Source of the DNA: Octopus sinensis
Lineage: Eukaryota
DNA: 64,000 nucleotides
Assembly: GCF_006345805.1 (NCBI RefSeq)
Contig: NC_043007.1
Coordinates: 22,444,001-22,508,000 of the forward strand
Reading direction: 5' to 3'
Shown: positions 11,501-25,200 of the stretch, piece after piece
How the letters are laid out: each line of letters starts with the position of its first letter
Position numbering within the stretch: position 1 is the first letter of the stretch
Made by a program: the position numbers and the translations under genes
The notes under the pieces: model-generated
Database searches by the model: none
The model's input: the letters and a program-made list of their open reading frames with translations, nothing else
What the model was told of the DNA's origin: nothing

Positions 11501-14500
11501 GACTTTAATTTTCCTAGTAAAATATAAAAAGAAAATGATCCCAAAATAAGGGTTTGTTGAAGAGGCCATCATGTGACTCTAATACACAGAGACACATATG
11601 CTCACTTTATTATTGTTGCTGTGTAGCCCTGGGCCTGTTTTGATTGACTATGGTGCAAGTAGCTGACCCACGGATCCACAGATCTGTTATTCTGGATATC
11701 CTTGCCACTACCTCGGTGTTGACCATGCACAGTCGAAGAGTAACAGGTGTAGCGTGACAGTCTGAACATATAATGACCTTTTCTCCATCCAGCCAGTTCT
11801 CATATTTTGGTAGGGATCACAGTGGAAGTAGATGAGGCAAAGTTGATTCGAGTATCATTACAGGAGTGACTGCAGAGTAGCAATGTAACCTAGTGATATA
11901 GCAGTAGGTTACTGAATTTACTCAGGAACAACCCTTCAGTCACAGTATTCTAGATATTGCAGAATTGGTCATCCTGAGTGTAGTATTTACATTGTTTATC
12001 ATCATCATCATCATCATTTAACGTCCGTTTTCCATGCTAGCATGGGTTGGACAATTTGACTGAGGTCTGGCGAACCAGACTCCAATCTGATCTGGCAGAC
12101 TTTCTACAGCTGGATGCCCTTCCTAACGTCAAACACTCCGCGAGTGTAGTGGGTGCTTTTACATGCCACTGGCATGGGGGCCAGTGTGGTGGTACTGGCA
12201 ACGGCCACACCCAAATGGTGTTTTTTACGTGCCACCTGCACAGGAGCCAGTTCAGCAGCACTGGCAATGACCTCGCTCGAATGTTTTTTTTCACATGCCA
12301 CCAGCACAAGTGCTAGTAAGGCGATGCGGTAACAATCACGTTGGAATGGTGTGTTTATCGTGCCATCGGCACGAAGGCCAGCTTGTTGCTCTGGCAACAA
12401 TCTCACTCGTATGGTACTCTTAGCGCTCCACTAGCAACGGATGCCAGTCACTGAGTTTGATTTCGACTTCGATTTCGATTTCACTTGCCTCAACTGGTCT
12501 TCGCAAGCAGAGTTTAGTGGACTGGTTACCCACCTAGCATAGGCCACAAGGTTATGGTCACACTTGAGCTTGCCGAGTCTTCTGCAGCACAGCATTTTTC
12601 CAGAGGTCCTGATCACTAGTCATTGCCCTCGGTGAGGCCCAGTAAATGAATTCTGAACCTGGACAGGGTTTTTAAGGACCATTGCTTAACCCCTATTTTA
12701 TGGTATTAAGTAGATGCAACAAATCCTTCTCAAGAGAAGATGCTACTGTGCTCCAGAAAATACTCTCAGATGATCAAGTACCTACTTTCTGAAAATTAGG
12801 TAGATCAACCTAACGAGCATACTGCAGAGATGACAGTGAAATGCTTGCAGGATATTTGAACTTGAGATGCCTGACTGCAAGCCTAATACCAGCTATGGTG
12901 ATTCTAAATATGACAGTTTGATTTAACCCTTTAGCATTTAAACTGGCCATATCCGGCCCAAATAAGCTTCCTGTTTTATGTTCAAACTGGCCAGATCAAG
13001 CCTATCATACCTACCCTTCAATGCCATTCTAGAAATATACACTCACATCATCAAAATTTTAAAGCTGCAAAATAATGCAGGATTAATTAAAAACAATTTG
13101 AATTAAAAAGTGTTACATTTGACAGAATAATCTGAATGCTAAAGGGTTAAACTGACACATCAGACATTTTATATCTCGAAATCCAGTTTCCTGAAACTGG
13201 GCTGCTTCTAAGCGTTTTGGTTAACTTATGCCATTCTATAATTATATTTTACCTCACAACTTTTTTTTATACAAGTTTTTGCTGCATGGGACCGAAATTA
13301 TGAAATTCTTCATGTTTTCTTCTATCGTTGAAGCTAAGATGAATATATTTTGATTTTAAAATAAATTCTGTAATTATAGAATGGCGGAAGTTGACTAAAA
13401 CGCTTAGAAGTACCAAGATGGTACTAACTAGAGTGACTCGGCAACAATAACAAGAAACCATGGACTTGTGTCAATGTAGGAAACCATAATCTTCAGCCAA
13501 GCCCTATTTCTTTATTGATAATGCCCCACTGGTTCATAGCCACTTATATTTGACAGGTTCGACCCTTGTTAAACAGAGAGAGATTGAATGGAGAGAAACG
13601 TTGTGTTCGTGTGTTTCCAACCACCAACCAGATTGTGCTCGGCACAGACAAAGGTTTCACATTTGACTACGTCCATTCTGCACATTCTACACAGGTCAGT
13701 AGCCTTTGATGTTCTCTACACCCTTTTCCTTTTTCTGTTTGTTTTGTTTATTACTTCAAACCAGTAATTCTCAACTAGGGTCCATATGACCTTTGGGGGT
13801 CCACGTGACCTTTGAGGCTCCGTATAAGATTTTGTTGTTAAAATTTATCTTCAATTAAATTTGTTATACTTTTGCAATGCATAAAATATTTTGGCAATAA
13901 CCACAGAAGTGGCTGTGTGGTAAGAAGCTCGCTTCTTGACCGCATGGTTCTGGGTTCAGTCCACGATTCCAGGTGAGAATGCAATCGATAAAGCCGTGGG
14001 AACATGCATTTGTATGCGCAAGTACATCAGTCAAAATCCGTCTTTTGCTGGTGTCTCAAATTTAGGTTAAATCAGTGTTTCTCAAAGGGGAGGCCTATGG
14101 GACGGTCGGACAAGTTGTTTTGAGAAACTTTGGGTTAAATGTTTGATAATGCAGCACCATCCATTGGACGGGGGGGGGCGTTTTACTCCTATATATATAT
14201 ATATATTATATATATATACACACACACACACACATATATACACACATGATAGGCTTCTTTCAGTTTCTACTTTCCAAATCCACTCACAAGGCTTTGGTCT
14301 GCCAAGACAATAATTGAAGACACTTGCCCAAGGTGTCCTGCAGTGGGATCGAACCCAAGACCACATGGTTGGGAAGCCAGCTTCTCTACCACACAGCCGT
14401 GTCTCAGCAAAATGTTTGCTGTTTTCAGTTACTGTCTTTCACGTTCTCTGTTTGAATCCCACCTTAATTAACTTCACCTTTCATCTCTCCCACCCACCCC

Positions 14501-14649
14501 ACCCCCATTAAAGTACAGTACCAGTTAAGTAGTGGGGGCAATTTGGTTTCCCTTTTATTCATTCAAGATGTCCATGGGATTAAAAAAAAAACAAAAAGAC
14601 GAAGGCCAACCGAGGAAAACATGACCCCCACCCCCTGCCAATAAACCAT

Positions 14650-14683
<34 letters not shown>

Positions 14684-15099
14684 TACTTACACACAAACTT
14701 TCTCTCTCTCTCACACACACACATACACACACACACACACACACACCATTAAGGTTCTGGGACACCTACTACTATTAATAGGTCTTTGCCTTAGAAACCA
14801 ACGTTATTGATTTATTTAGCATTAAGGAAAGAAAACAAAAATAAAGACGGGGGGGGGGAGAGAGCAGGGTGGGGGTGGGGTGGGGGATTAGTCATAATTT
14901 GGTGTTGATTAGAATGTTTATTTTAGTATTATAACGAGTCCTCAGTGATAAATGCGTGGCCACTACTCCTTAAGCTTTTCAATGTTGTCACCATCTTTGT
15001 TCAAGTCTTTTATAACACACACACACACACACATGTAAGTATATATGTCAGTACGCATGCACACACATATGTATGTGTAGTTGTAAAGCTATATATATA

Positions 15100-15130
<31 letters not shown>

Positions 15131-15164
15131 ATATATATATACACACAGATATATACATATGTAT

Positions 15165-15198
<34 letters not shown>

Positions 15199-15201
15199 GT
15201 G

Positions 15202-15237
<36 letters not shown>

Positions 15238-15509
15238 CATATATATGTATAAATATGTATGTATATATATGTAGCATATATATGTAATATATGTATGTAT
15301 ATATATGTATGTTATATATGTATGCATATATATGTATGTATATATATGTATGCATATATATGTATATATATGTATGCATATATATGTATATATATATATG
15401 CATATATATGTATATATATGTATGCATATATATGTTATATATGTATGTATATGTATGCATATATATGTATATATATGTATATATATGTATGTATAATATA
15501 TAATATAAT

Positions 15510-15564
<55 letters not shown>

Positions 15565-15846
15565 TGTGTATGTATATATATATGTGTATATATATGTATA
15601 TATATATGTGTATTATATGTATGTGTATATATATGTATGTATATATATGTGTATATATATGTATGTATATATATATGTGTATATATATATGTATATATAT
15701 ATGTGTATATATATATGTGTATATATATGTATGTATATATATATGTGTATATATATGTATGTATATATATATGTGTATATATGTATGTATATATATGTGT
15801 ATATATATGTATGTATATATATATGTGTGTATGTATATGTATGTAT

Positions 15847-15878
<32 letters not shown>

Positions 15879-16294
15879 GTATGTATACACACACAGACTT
15901 TATTTACATACATATATATGCATATACATATAGGCAAATACACATCTGCATACATATATGAAACCAGTTATGACGACTTAGCTGAACTACTGTTAGAATT
16001 TATGAAGTGGTTTATGTACCTGCCTATTTGACTGGTGAAGACATTGCTGAATTTATTGATTAGTCTTGCTTACCTGTCTGAGAGAGAAAGAGAGAGAGAG
16101 ACCGCTTAATGTAATATTTACTATTTACTCCACTCACTGGTTCTGTTGCTATGGTTACCCAGCCTTTGTGTTCTCTATTTTGCCCTTTTAATGGACCAGC
16201 TTCGTTGCTTAAAAACAAGAAACTATTTTTCACTTGCATTTTTAGTTGGGTTTTTTTTTTCCTTTCTACTCTTTTTTTTTTTTACTGGACTATT

Positions 16295-16347
<53 letters not shown>

Positions 16348-16639
16348 TTGGATAATTCACCCTTGGAAGCATGGGTGTTTCGTTCATCATCCTTAAACAA
16401 ACCTTATTCAGGGACCTTTTGAGTGGGATGGGTTACTCGACCTGAAGAAAATTCCAACTGGGCACCACCTGCAAGGCCATGCGCTGTTTATCTTGATATG
16501 AGATCACCATGTCGCGCACATACTGTTGTGATGCATGTGCCTGGTGTACCCTTATCTGACAGGTAGTCATGATGGGTATACTGCGCTTCGTATATTTTAC
16601 CCCTGTGTCACTTTGATGGCATGCACTGCTCTCTCACTC

Positions 16640-16674
<35 letters not shown>

Positions 16675-18816
16675 GAGCACTCAGAGAGCGCAAACCTCTC
16701 CCAAGGCTACACCAACATCCTCTCAACAATTAGCCAGAGATGATTTTTAGAATGAGAATATCTAAAATAAACTCGACTGCTTTCACAAACGAGAATACTG
16801 AAAATGAACCCAACTGCTCTCAAAAATTGAGTGAAATAAAACAGAAAAATAATCCAGAATTCTTGTCTGGTACCAGATCAATCCCAAAATCTAATCAGTT
16901 CGTGCCAGTCATGAGGCCAAACATCCCTGAAAGCTTTATCCGAATCCATCCAGTGGTTCTTGAGATATCTTGTCCAAGGACAGACAAACAAACAAACACA
17001 ACTGAAAACAATACCTCCGCCTTCGCTAAGACAGAGGTAATAATAATAATCTTTTTTACCATATACACAAGGCCTGAAATTTGAGGGGAGGGGGACTAGT
17101 CGATTACATAGACCCCATGCTCAACTGGTACTTGATTTATTGACCCCAAAAGGATGAAAGGCAAAGTCGACCTCGACATAATTTGAAATTAAAACACAGA
17201 GCTTTTTATGTTTCTTTATTTTTCTCATTTTTTTTTTTAAATGGTTTGATTTATTGTGTGAGAATCAAGACTGTTTAGCTCCAGGTATTCCACTTCAGGT
17301 AAAGCAATTTACCGTCCTTGCTTCAGACTGAAGTACTAAATCTCGTAGTCATTAATATGTCACGACTACAGACTTTGTAACTCTCCTCTCAAACCTACAG
17401 GGGAGCCTCCGAGTAGGTGTTGTTGTTGTTGTTTAACCACAGGTCAGCACTGATTGAGCAAAAGCAGACCTATCATGAAAGGTATTGCAGCAAGGCGGCG
17501 AGCTGGCAGAAACGTTAGCACGCCGGGTGAAATGCTTAACAGTATTTTGTCTGCTGTCATGTTCTGAGTTCAAATTCCGCCGAGGTCGAGTTTGCCTTTC
17601 ATCCTTTCAGGGTCAATTAAATAAGTACCAGTTACACACTGGGGTCAATGTAATCGACTTAATCTGTGTGTCTGTCCTTGTTTGTCCCCTCTGTGTTTAG
17701 CCCCTTGTGGGTAGTAAAAAAATAGGTATTTCGTCTGCCACTACGTTCTAAGTTCAAATTCCGCCGAGGTTGACTTTGCCTTTCATCCTTTCGGGGTCAA
17801 TTAAATAAGTACCAGTTATGCACTGGGGTCGATGTAATCGACTTAATCCGTGTGTCTGTCCTTGTTTGTCTCCTCTATGTTTAGCCCCTTGTGGGTAATA
17901 AAGAAATAGGTATTGCAGCAGTGACCATCTCATCTTTTTAGGAGTGTATCTAGGATTACAGCATCATCATCATCATCATCCACATTCTGATGCTTTTCTT
18001 GAATCAGATGGAATTTGTTAAAGCAAGTTTTCTACTGTGGGATGCTCTTCCTGTCACCAACCTTCACCTTTTTTTTCTTCCAAGCCAGGCTATATTTTCT
18101 CATGGCCACACGTTTCTCACAGAAGATTTGAAACAAATGACATCACATGTATGAGGATGACACTCATTGACAACCATCTCATGATGTCAAGTCAAGGACC
18201 CATAAACACACACACACCTATTTCTTTACTACGCACAAGGGGCTAAACACAGAGCGGACAAACAAGGATAGACAAATGGATTAAGTCGATTACATCGACC
18301 CCAGTGCGTAACTGGTACTTATTTAATCGACCCCGAAAGGATGAAAGGCAAAGTCGAACTCGGCGGAATTTGAACTCAGAACGTAACGGCAGACGAAATA
18401 CCTATTTCTTTACTACCCACAAGGGGTTAAACATAGAGGGGACAAACAAGGACAGACAAACGGATTAAGTCGATTACATCGACCCCAGTGCATAACTGGT
18501 ACTTAATTTATCCACCCCCAAAAGGATGAAAGGCAAAGTCGAACTCGGCGGAATTTGAACTCAGAACGTAACGGCAGACGAAATACCTATTTCTTTACTA
18601 CCCACAAGGGGTTAAACACAGAGGGGACAAACAAGGACAGACAAACGGATTAAGTCGATTACATCGACCCCAGTGCGTAACTGGTACTTAATTTATCCAC
18701 CCCCAAAAGGATGAAAGGCAAAGTCGACCTCGGCGGAATTTGAATTCAGAACGTAGTGGCAGATGAAATACGGCTACGCATTTCGTCCAGCGTGCTAACG
18801 TTTCTGCCAGCTCGCC

Positions 18817-18855
<39 letters not shown>

Positions 18856-20318
18856 ACATACATATACACACACAATAGTTTTCTTTCAAATGCACTCACA
18901 ATTCTTTAGTTGGCCCAGGGCTAGGCTAAAAGTCACTTACCCAAGTTACCATCCAATGGGACTGAACTCAAAACTATACAGTTGGGATCAAACCTGTTAA
19001 CTCACAGCCATGCTTGTGTTTCCATCCTGTATGCATTTCCATTTTATAAGACTGTAGGGTGTGATTTGAGGAATTTGGTGACTATTTCTAGCAGGTTGAG
19101 TGACCGCATCATGGCTCTTTTGGCTCATACCTCCCATTCTGTGATTGTTTGGCTTGTTAGAAATAGCAGCCAAAACTTTTTCAAATTATTTCTTACCTTC
19201 ATAAAAAAAAAGTGGCGACGCATTAGATAATGTTGTCTTCCATATTCACTGCCCAAAAGAAGGATGGCATGGGATGGTCATAACTGGAATGCATCTGTGA
19301 GTGTTTCAATGCTCATTTGAAATCATTCCATATGTGTGTGTGAAGGTGCATGGCTCAGTGGTTAGAGCAGTGGGCTCACAATCATGAGGTAGTGAGTTTG
19401 ATTCCCAAACTGGGCTGTGTTGTGTTCTTGAGCAAGACACTTTATTTCACTTTGCTCCAGTTCACTCAGCTGTAGAAATAAGTTGTGATGTCACAGGTGC
19501 CAAGCTGTATCGGCCCCTTTGCCATTCCCTTGGATAACATTGGTCGTGTGGAGAGGGGAGGCCAGTATGCATGGGCGACTGCTGGTCTTCCATAAACAAC
19601 TTTGCCTGGACTTGTGCCTTGGAGGGGAACTTTCCAGCTGCAATCCCATGGTCATACATGACAGAAGGGTTTTTTAAATTACTATATATATATATATATA
19701 TATATAATTTCAACAATTGAGGGCAAAATTAATTAATTATTAATCAATTTCACCAAGTGTTCAGTATGCAAAGGGACCATTCAAGGCGAATTCAAATTAT
19801 TACATTATATAAAAGGCTTAGTAAAATAAATTACTTTGCCGCATACTGAACTCATTAGAAATAGCAGCCAAAAAACTTTTTTAAAGCTATTTCTAATACT
19901 TAAAGAAAATCTCTCTCATATATAGTGTTTGCTTAATTCAACTCACAAAAGTTTGGGGTAAGGACATCGAAAAATCAATGCTAAGGTTATTCGAGAACGT
20001 ACGTTTCAAGATTAGTCAAAACAACATTTCTATCATCGGCTCAGAAATTCCTTGGTTTGGATTTGGAAACACTGAAAATAAGAACATACCCTTTCGGAGA
20101 TCTGCTCCCAACTAATCTTGAAACGTACGTTCTCGAATAACCTTAGCATTTGATTTTTCGATGTCCTTACCCCCAAACTTTTGTGAGTTGAATTAAGCAA
20201 ACACTATATATGAGAGAGATTTTCTTTAAGTATTAGAAATAGCTTTAAAAAAGTTTTTTAGCTGCTATTTCTAATGAGTTCAGTATGCGGCAAAGTAATT
20301 TATTTTACTAAGCCCTTT

Positions 20319-20363
<45 letters not shown>

Positions 20364-22259
20364 TATATGAGAAGGTGCATGGCGCAGTGGCTAAAGTATT
20401 GGGCTCACAATCATGAGGTAGTGAGTTTGATTCCTGGACTGGGCTGTGTGTTGTGTTCTTGAGCAAGACACTTTATTTCATGTTGCTCCAGTTCAGTCAG
20501 GTGTAGAAATGAGTTGCAACATCACTGATGTGAAGCTGTATCGGCCTTTGCCTTTCCCTTGGGCAACATGAAGAGGTGAGGCTGGTGGTATTCATGGGTG
20601 ACTGCTGCTTTTCCATAAACAACTTTGCCCGGACTTGCACCTCAGAGGGGAAATTTTTAGGTGTGCAATCCCATGGTCATTCATGAAGCAGGGTCTTTAT
20701 CTTTTTTACCAATGAGAGACTAAGTTCGGCAAAAGAGACCGATAGAATAAGTACTAGGCTTACAAAGAATAAGTCCCAGGGTCGATTTGCTTAACTAAAG
20801 GCGGTGCTCCAGCATGGCCGCAGTCAAATGACTGAAACAAGTAAAAGAGTAAAGAGACAAGTCATTGGATTTTGGATCCGTGTTGGTGTTTAATTTTCTT
20901 TATTTCATCTGTATATCTAACTCTACACTTGCTGTAGTTTAAGTCTGGAATGGGTGACAGGCCCCCTAGTATGATTCTTGCAATAAATTTGTATTCAGTA
21001 CAAAGATAGATTTATCTTTGACTTCTTTAACTCTATGAGACTAGCCTAACACAGCTATGTTATGGATATTTATGATTTCACTTTCACATAACACTTTATT
21101 ACAAACTAGCAGTATTGCGCAGCGTTGCTTGGGCTTGTTTCCACTCTTTAGAATTGGAATTTTTGAAAAGTAAAAATTATGCATTATGTAGCTTGTTATT
21201 CTCTTTAAGTGAACATTTTTCTGGTTGAAATACACCGGAAAATGGTGACACAGCAGTAAAAAAAATCGTAAAAAAATAAGGATTTTCATAGAAAAAAAGC
21301 ACCTTTTTGATGTAAATAATTTTTGGTGTTAACATGGTCCGATTTGAATTTTTTCTTCTACAGAATGAAGAGCAAGCCTTCTTCTATCATACTCTCAATT
21401 TTGGTCAACTTGCGCCGTAGGGTCTCGGAGGAGATTGTGTTAGTTGAAGGCTACCAAACCTGCCATACACAGACAACTTCAGCTTTATATATAGAGAGAC
21501 GTTGATATATTAAGGTGGTGAACTGGCAGAATCGTTAGCATGCAAGACAAAATAGAGCCATTTCATCTATCGTTAAATTAGTGAGCTGGCAGAATTGTTA
21601 ACATGCTGGGCAAAATGCGTAGTGCATTTTGTCCTGAGTTCAAATTCCGCTGAGGTCAGCTTTGCCTTTCACCCTTTTGGGGCTTGATAAAATAAGTACC
21701 AGCTGAGCACTGGGGTCATTGTAATTGACTTACTCCTTCCGCCAAAATTGCTGGCCTTGGATCAAAATCTGAAACCAATAATGTTGATATATTAATAAGG
21801 TTGATTTCCAACTTAGTTACAAAGCTACGCAGTTTGGAGGAGAGTGTAGTGACGCTCAAACTGCTTTATCTATCAATGTTTATAATACTGGCACTGTTTA
21901 ATACTGACAGTGTTTTCAACATAAATTATTCTGACATGGATTGGGTCATAAAAGTTAAGTGTCTTAATCAAGAACTTCAAGCAAAACCAGCAGCAAGATA
22001 TGAACTGCTCGTTTCTTGACTGGTTATCTACTGCCCAATAAACCTACCTGTCCAGACTACACTGGTGAAAATAAATTTAAGACCGATGATAAAAGTTCTC
22101 TTTCTTACAAAATATTTTGTTACTAACACCATACAAATTATTTTTATCTTTTACATCTTATGCAGAATTTATTTCTCTTTCGAGTGATGCAAACAGTAAC
22201 TATTTTTATACAACTAATGCTAAATTAATATAAACGTTTCAAATTTACTTCGGTGGTGG

Positions 22260-22296
<37 letters not shown>

Positions 22297-25200
22297 GCTG
22301 CCGCTGCCGCCACTACTTATTTCTTTACTACCCACAAGGGGCTAAACACGGAGGGGACAAACAAGGACAGAGAAACGGATTAAGTCGATTATATTGACCC
22401 CAGTGCATAACTGGTACTTATTTAATCGACCCCGAAAGGATGAAAGGCAAAGTCGACCTTGGCGGAATTTGAACTCAGAACGTAGCGGCAGACGAAATAA
22501 CGCTAGGTGTTTCACCTGGCATGCTAACGTTTCTGCCAGCTACTACTACTACTACTATTAATTTGTAATGTGTACTCATATTACGGTATATTGTGGAGAT
22601 ATTAAAACTTGTTGCTTGACCCTGGTCAAACCTCATCAAAGGAATTCAAATAATGAGCCTGTTATCAGATACAGTGTTTCAAGAGTCAGGCATAGTGTAT
22701 CAAGGACTACATTATCTAATATGTCCTTTTTTTTTTCCACAATACTAAGATATGATTTGAAGATTTGGTTGCTATTTTTAGGAAATCAAGCAAATACAGA
22801 GTGGTTTCTTCATTGGTACAAGATACCAAGGGTTGTAAAGAGCAGTGAGTGGGTCATCAACCTCTGTTTCCCATGCTGACATAGGTTGGATAGTTTAACA
22901 AGGGCCAATGAGTGAGAGGACTACATCAAGCTCCAATGGTAGCATTGGTATGGGTCCTATGGCTGGTTGCCCTTTCTAACACCAACCACTTTACAATGTG
23001 TGCTGGGTGCTTTTCATGTGGCACCAGCACTAGTGAGGTCACCAAATAATCTACAAGACAAAACTGAAGAGGAAGGCTAGTATTGAGATAGATGGCTTTG
23101 TGCCACGTGATGAGAGGTAAAAATATGATAGAGGGTCAGGAACAGGTGTGTTGTTGTAGAGGAAATATATGGCTACTCCAGTTGGAAAAGTAGAGAAGAA
23201 GTGTCAGGTGTATCTTTAAGTTTCAGTCACCTGTGTAACCTAGGATTTAAGAAAAGTGAAGCTTTATATTAAAGCGATAAACGTCGCCCTTTTCAAGCCT
23301 TGCCAGGCTCATGGGCCTAGTTTCCCAGTTTCTGTGGCGTATGTGTTCACCCCAGCTGGATGGGACGCCAGTCCATCACAGCATTACTCAAGAAACAGGA
23401 AGAGAGAGAGTGAGAGAAAGTTGGGGCGAAAGAGTACAACAGGGGTCACCACCACCCCCTGTCAGAGCTTCGTGGTGCTTTTAGGTGTTTTCACTCAATA
23501 AACACACACAACGCCCGGTCTGGGAATCGAAACCGCGATCCTCCGAGCGTGAGTCCGCTGCCCTAACCACTGGGCCATTGCGCCTCCACAAGCTTTATAT
23601 TACTTAGAACATAACGAAACAAGAGCTAATTAGAAGTCTAAAAACAAGCATGGACATTTAGAACAAATTTATGGAAATACTTTGGACAGGTAAAGAGTTA
23701 AACGTTGTAGAGAACTGTGACTAATGTTTGTTATTTCTTTTTCTGCTTTGCTTACAGAAAGATGTTTATCAAAGTGTTGAACCTTTGGTGGAGAGTATAT
23801 TTGAAGGTTACAATGCCACAGTGTTTGCCTATGGTCAGACAGTAAGTATAGTTAGTTGTATTTTGGACTTCCGTCTTTGTATTTTGTCATCATATATCAT
23901 CTGTGACCCACACTCAATCAACACTAGGGCAGGGTTTGCTTACTCAATCCCTTCAATCCCTAGGGAGCATAGGCCAGCAATGACTTTTCTCCTCTGTTCG
24001 CAACTCTGGGCTGTCTCTTTTGCTTTTCCCCTGCTGGATCCCTGCTTTTTCACCTCTACCTCTAGCTATTTGTAGAGTCTCCTCTGTTGCACCTCCCTTG
24101 TGGGTTCCAGGTGTAGGCTTGATGCAGGATGTTGGTTTCCTTAACCCCTTTGTTACCAACTCGGCTGAAACTGGCTCTGTCTCTTAGTACAAATCTCTTG
24201 TTTTCATAAGTTCTGAATTAAAATCTTCCATCAAACCTTAGTCACAATTTATGTTCCTAACACTAGCTGAATGATAACTAAGTTATTTTACTAGATTCTT
24301 TGTTATATTTAAAGTAATTGAAAGGAACACAGAGCATCTCAAAATAAATATAGTAACGAAAGGGTTAAACAATGTGAATAAATAAGCATTGCATTCGACA
24401 GAGTAGTCTGAATGCTAAAGGGTTAACCCTTTCGTTACCAACCTGGCTGAAACCAGCTCTGAGTACAAATGTCTTGTTTCCATAAGTTTTGAATTAAAAT
24501 ATACCACCAAACCTTAGTCACAATTTATGTTCCTAACATTAGCTTAATGATAACTAAGTTATTTTACTAAATTCTTTATTATATTTAAAGTAATTGAAAG
24601 AAACACAGAGCATCTCAAAATAAATATGTTAAAGAAAGGGTTAAACATCTAACAACTTTTGTCTTCTTGTAAAGATTTTGGTATTGTACATGCATTTGAT
24701 AATCTTTATCTTCCTCTGGTTCTGAGGTACAAATGTCTTGTTTCCAAAAGTTCTGAATTAAAATCTTCCACCAAACCTTAGTCACAATTTATGTTCCTAA
24801 CACTAGCTGAATGATAACTTAAATTATTTTACTAAATTCCTTGTTATATTTAAAGTAATTGAAAGAAACACAGAGTATCTCAAAATAAATATAGTAAAGA
24901 AAGAGTTAAAATGTGACCTGTCCCTTTCCATTTAGTGCTTCAGGATTTCTTCTTACACTGGTACTTGTCTCCTTACACTTCTATCATAGCTCTTCCTGAT
25001 GGTCAGAAGAGGAGTTGACCTTGCACCTTCCTTTAGGATTTTGCTACATTATATCATACGTTTCTCCAAGGGAAGGCTTTTCCCTCTCAGGTTTTGTTGC
25101 TTTTCAGTTGTCATCCCTGCTTCTATAATTTTGCTTTTTTTCTAGGTATGTGTGTTGACCCTATGCAAAGCCATTTTTACCTCTGGGAAGTGGTGGTCCA

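Noticed and set aside
12037-12406. Recurrent ORFs containing [20 protein letters not shown] at many loci
   Set aside because: Translation of the shared RTE 3'UTR; frames and ends are inconsistent between copies, so not a gene family.
17493-17585. tRNA genes suggested by A/B boxes (also 19345, 20372, 39172, 52713, 58053)
   Set aside because: These are SINE heads: each continues into a repeated non-tRNA body and none gives a complete cloverleaf.
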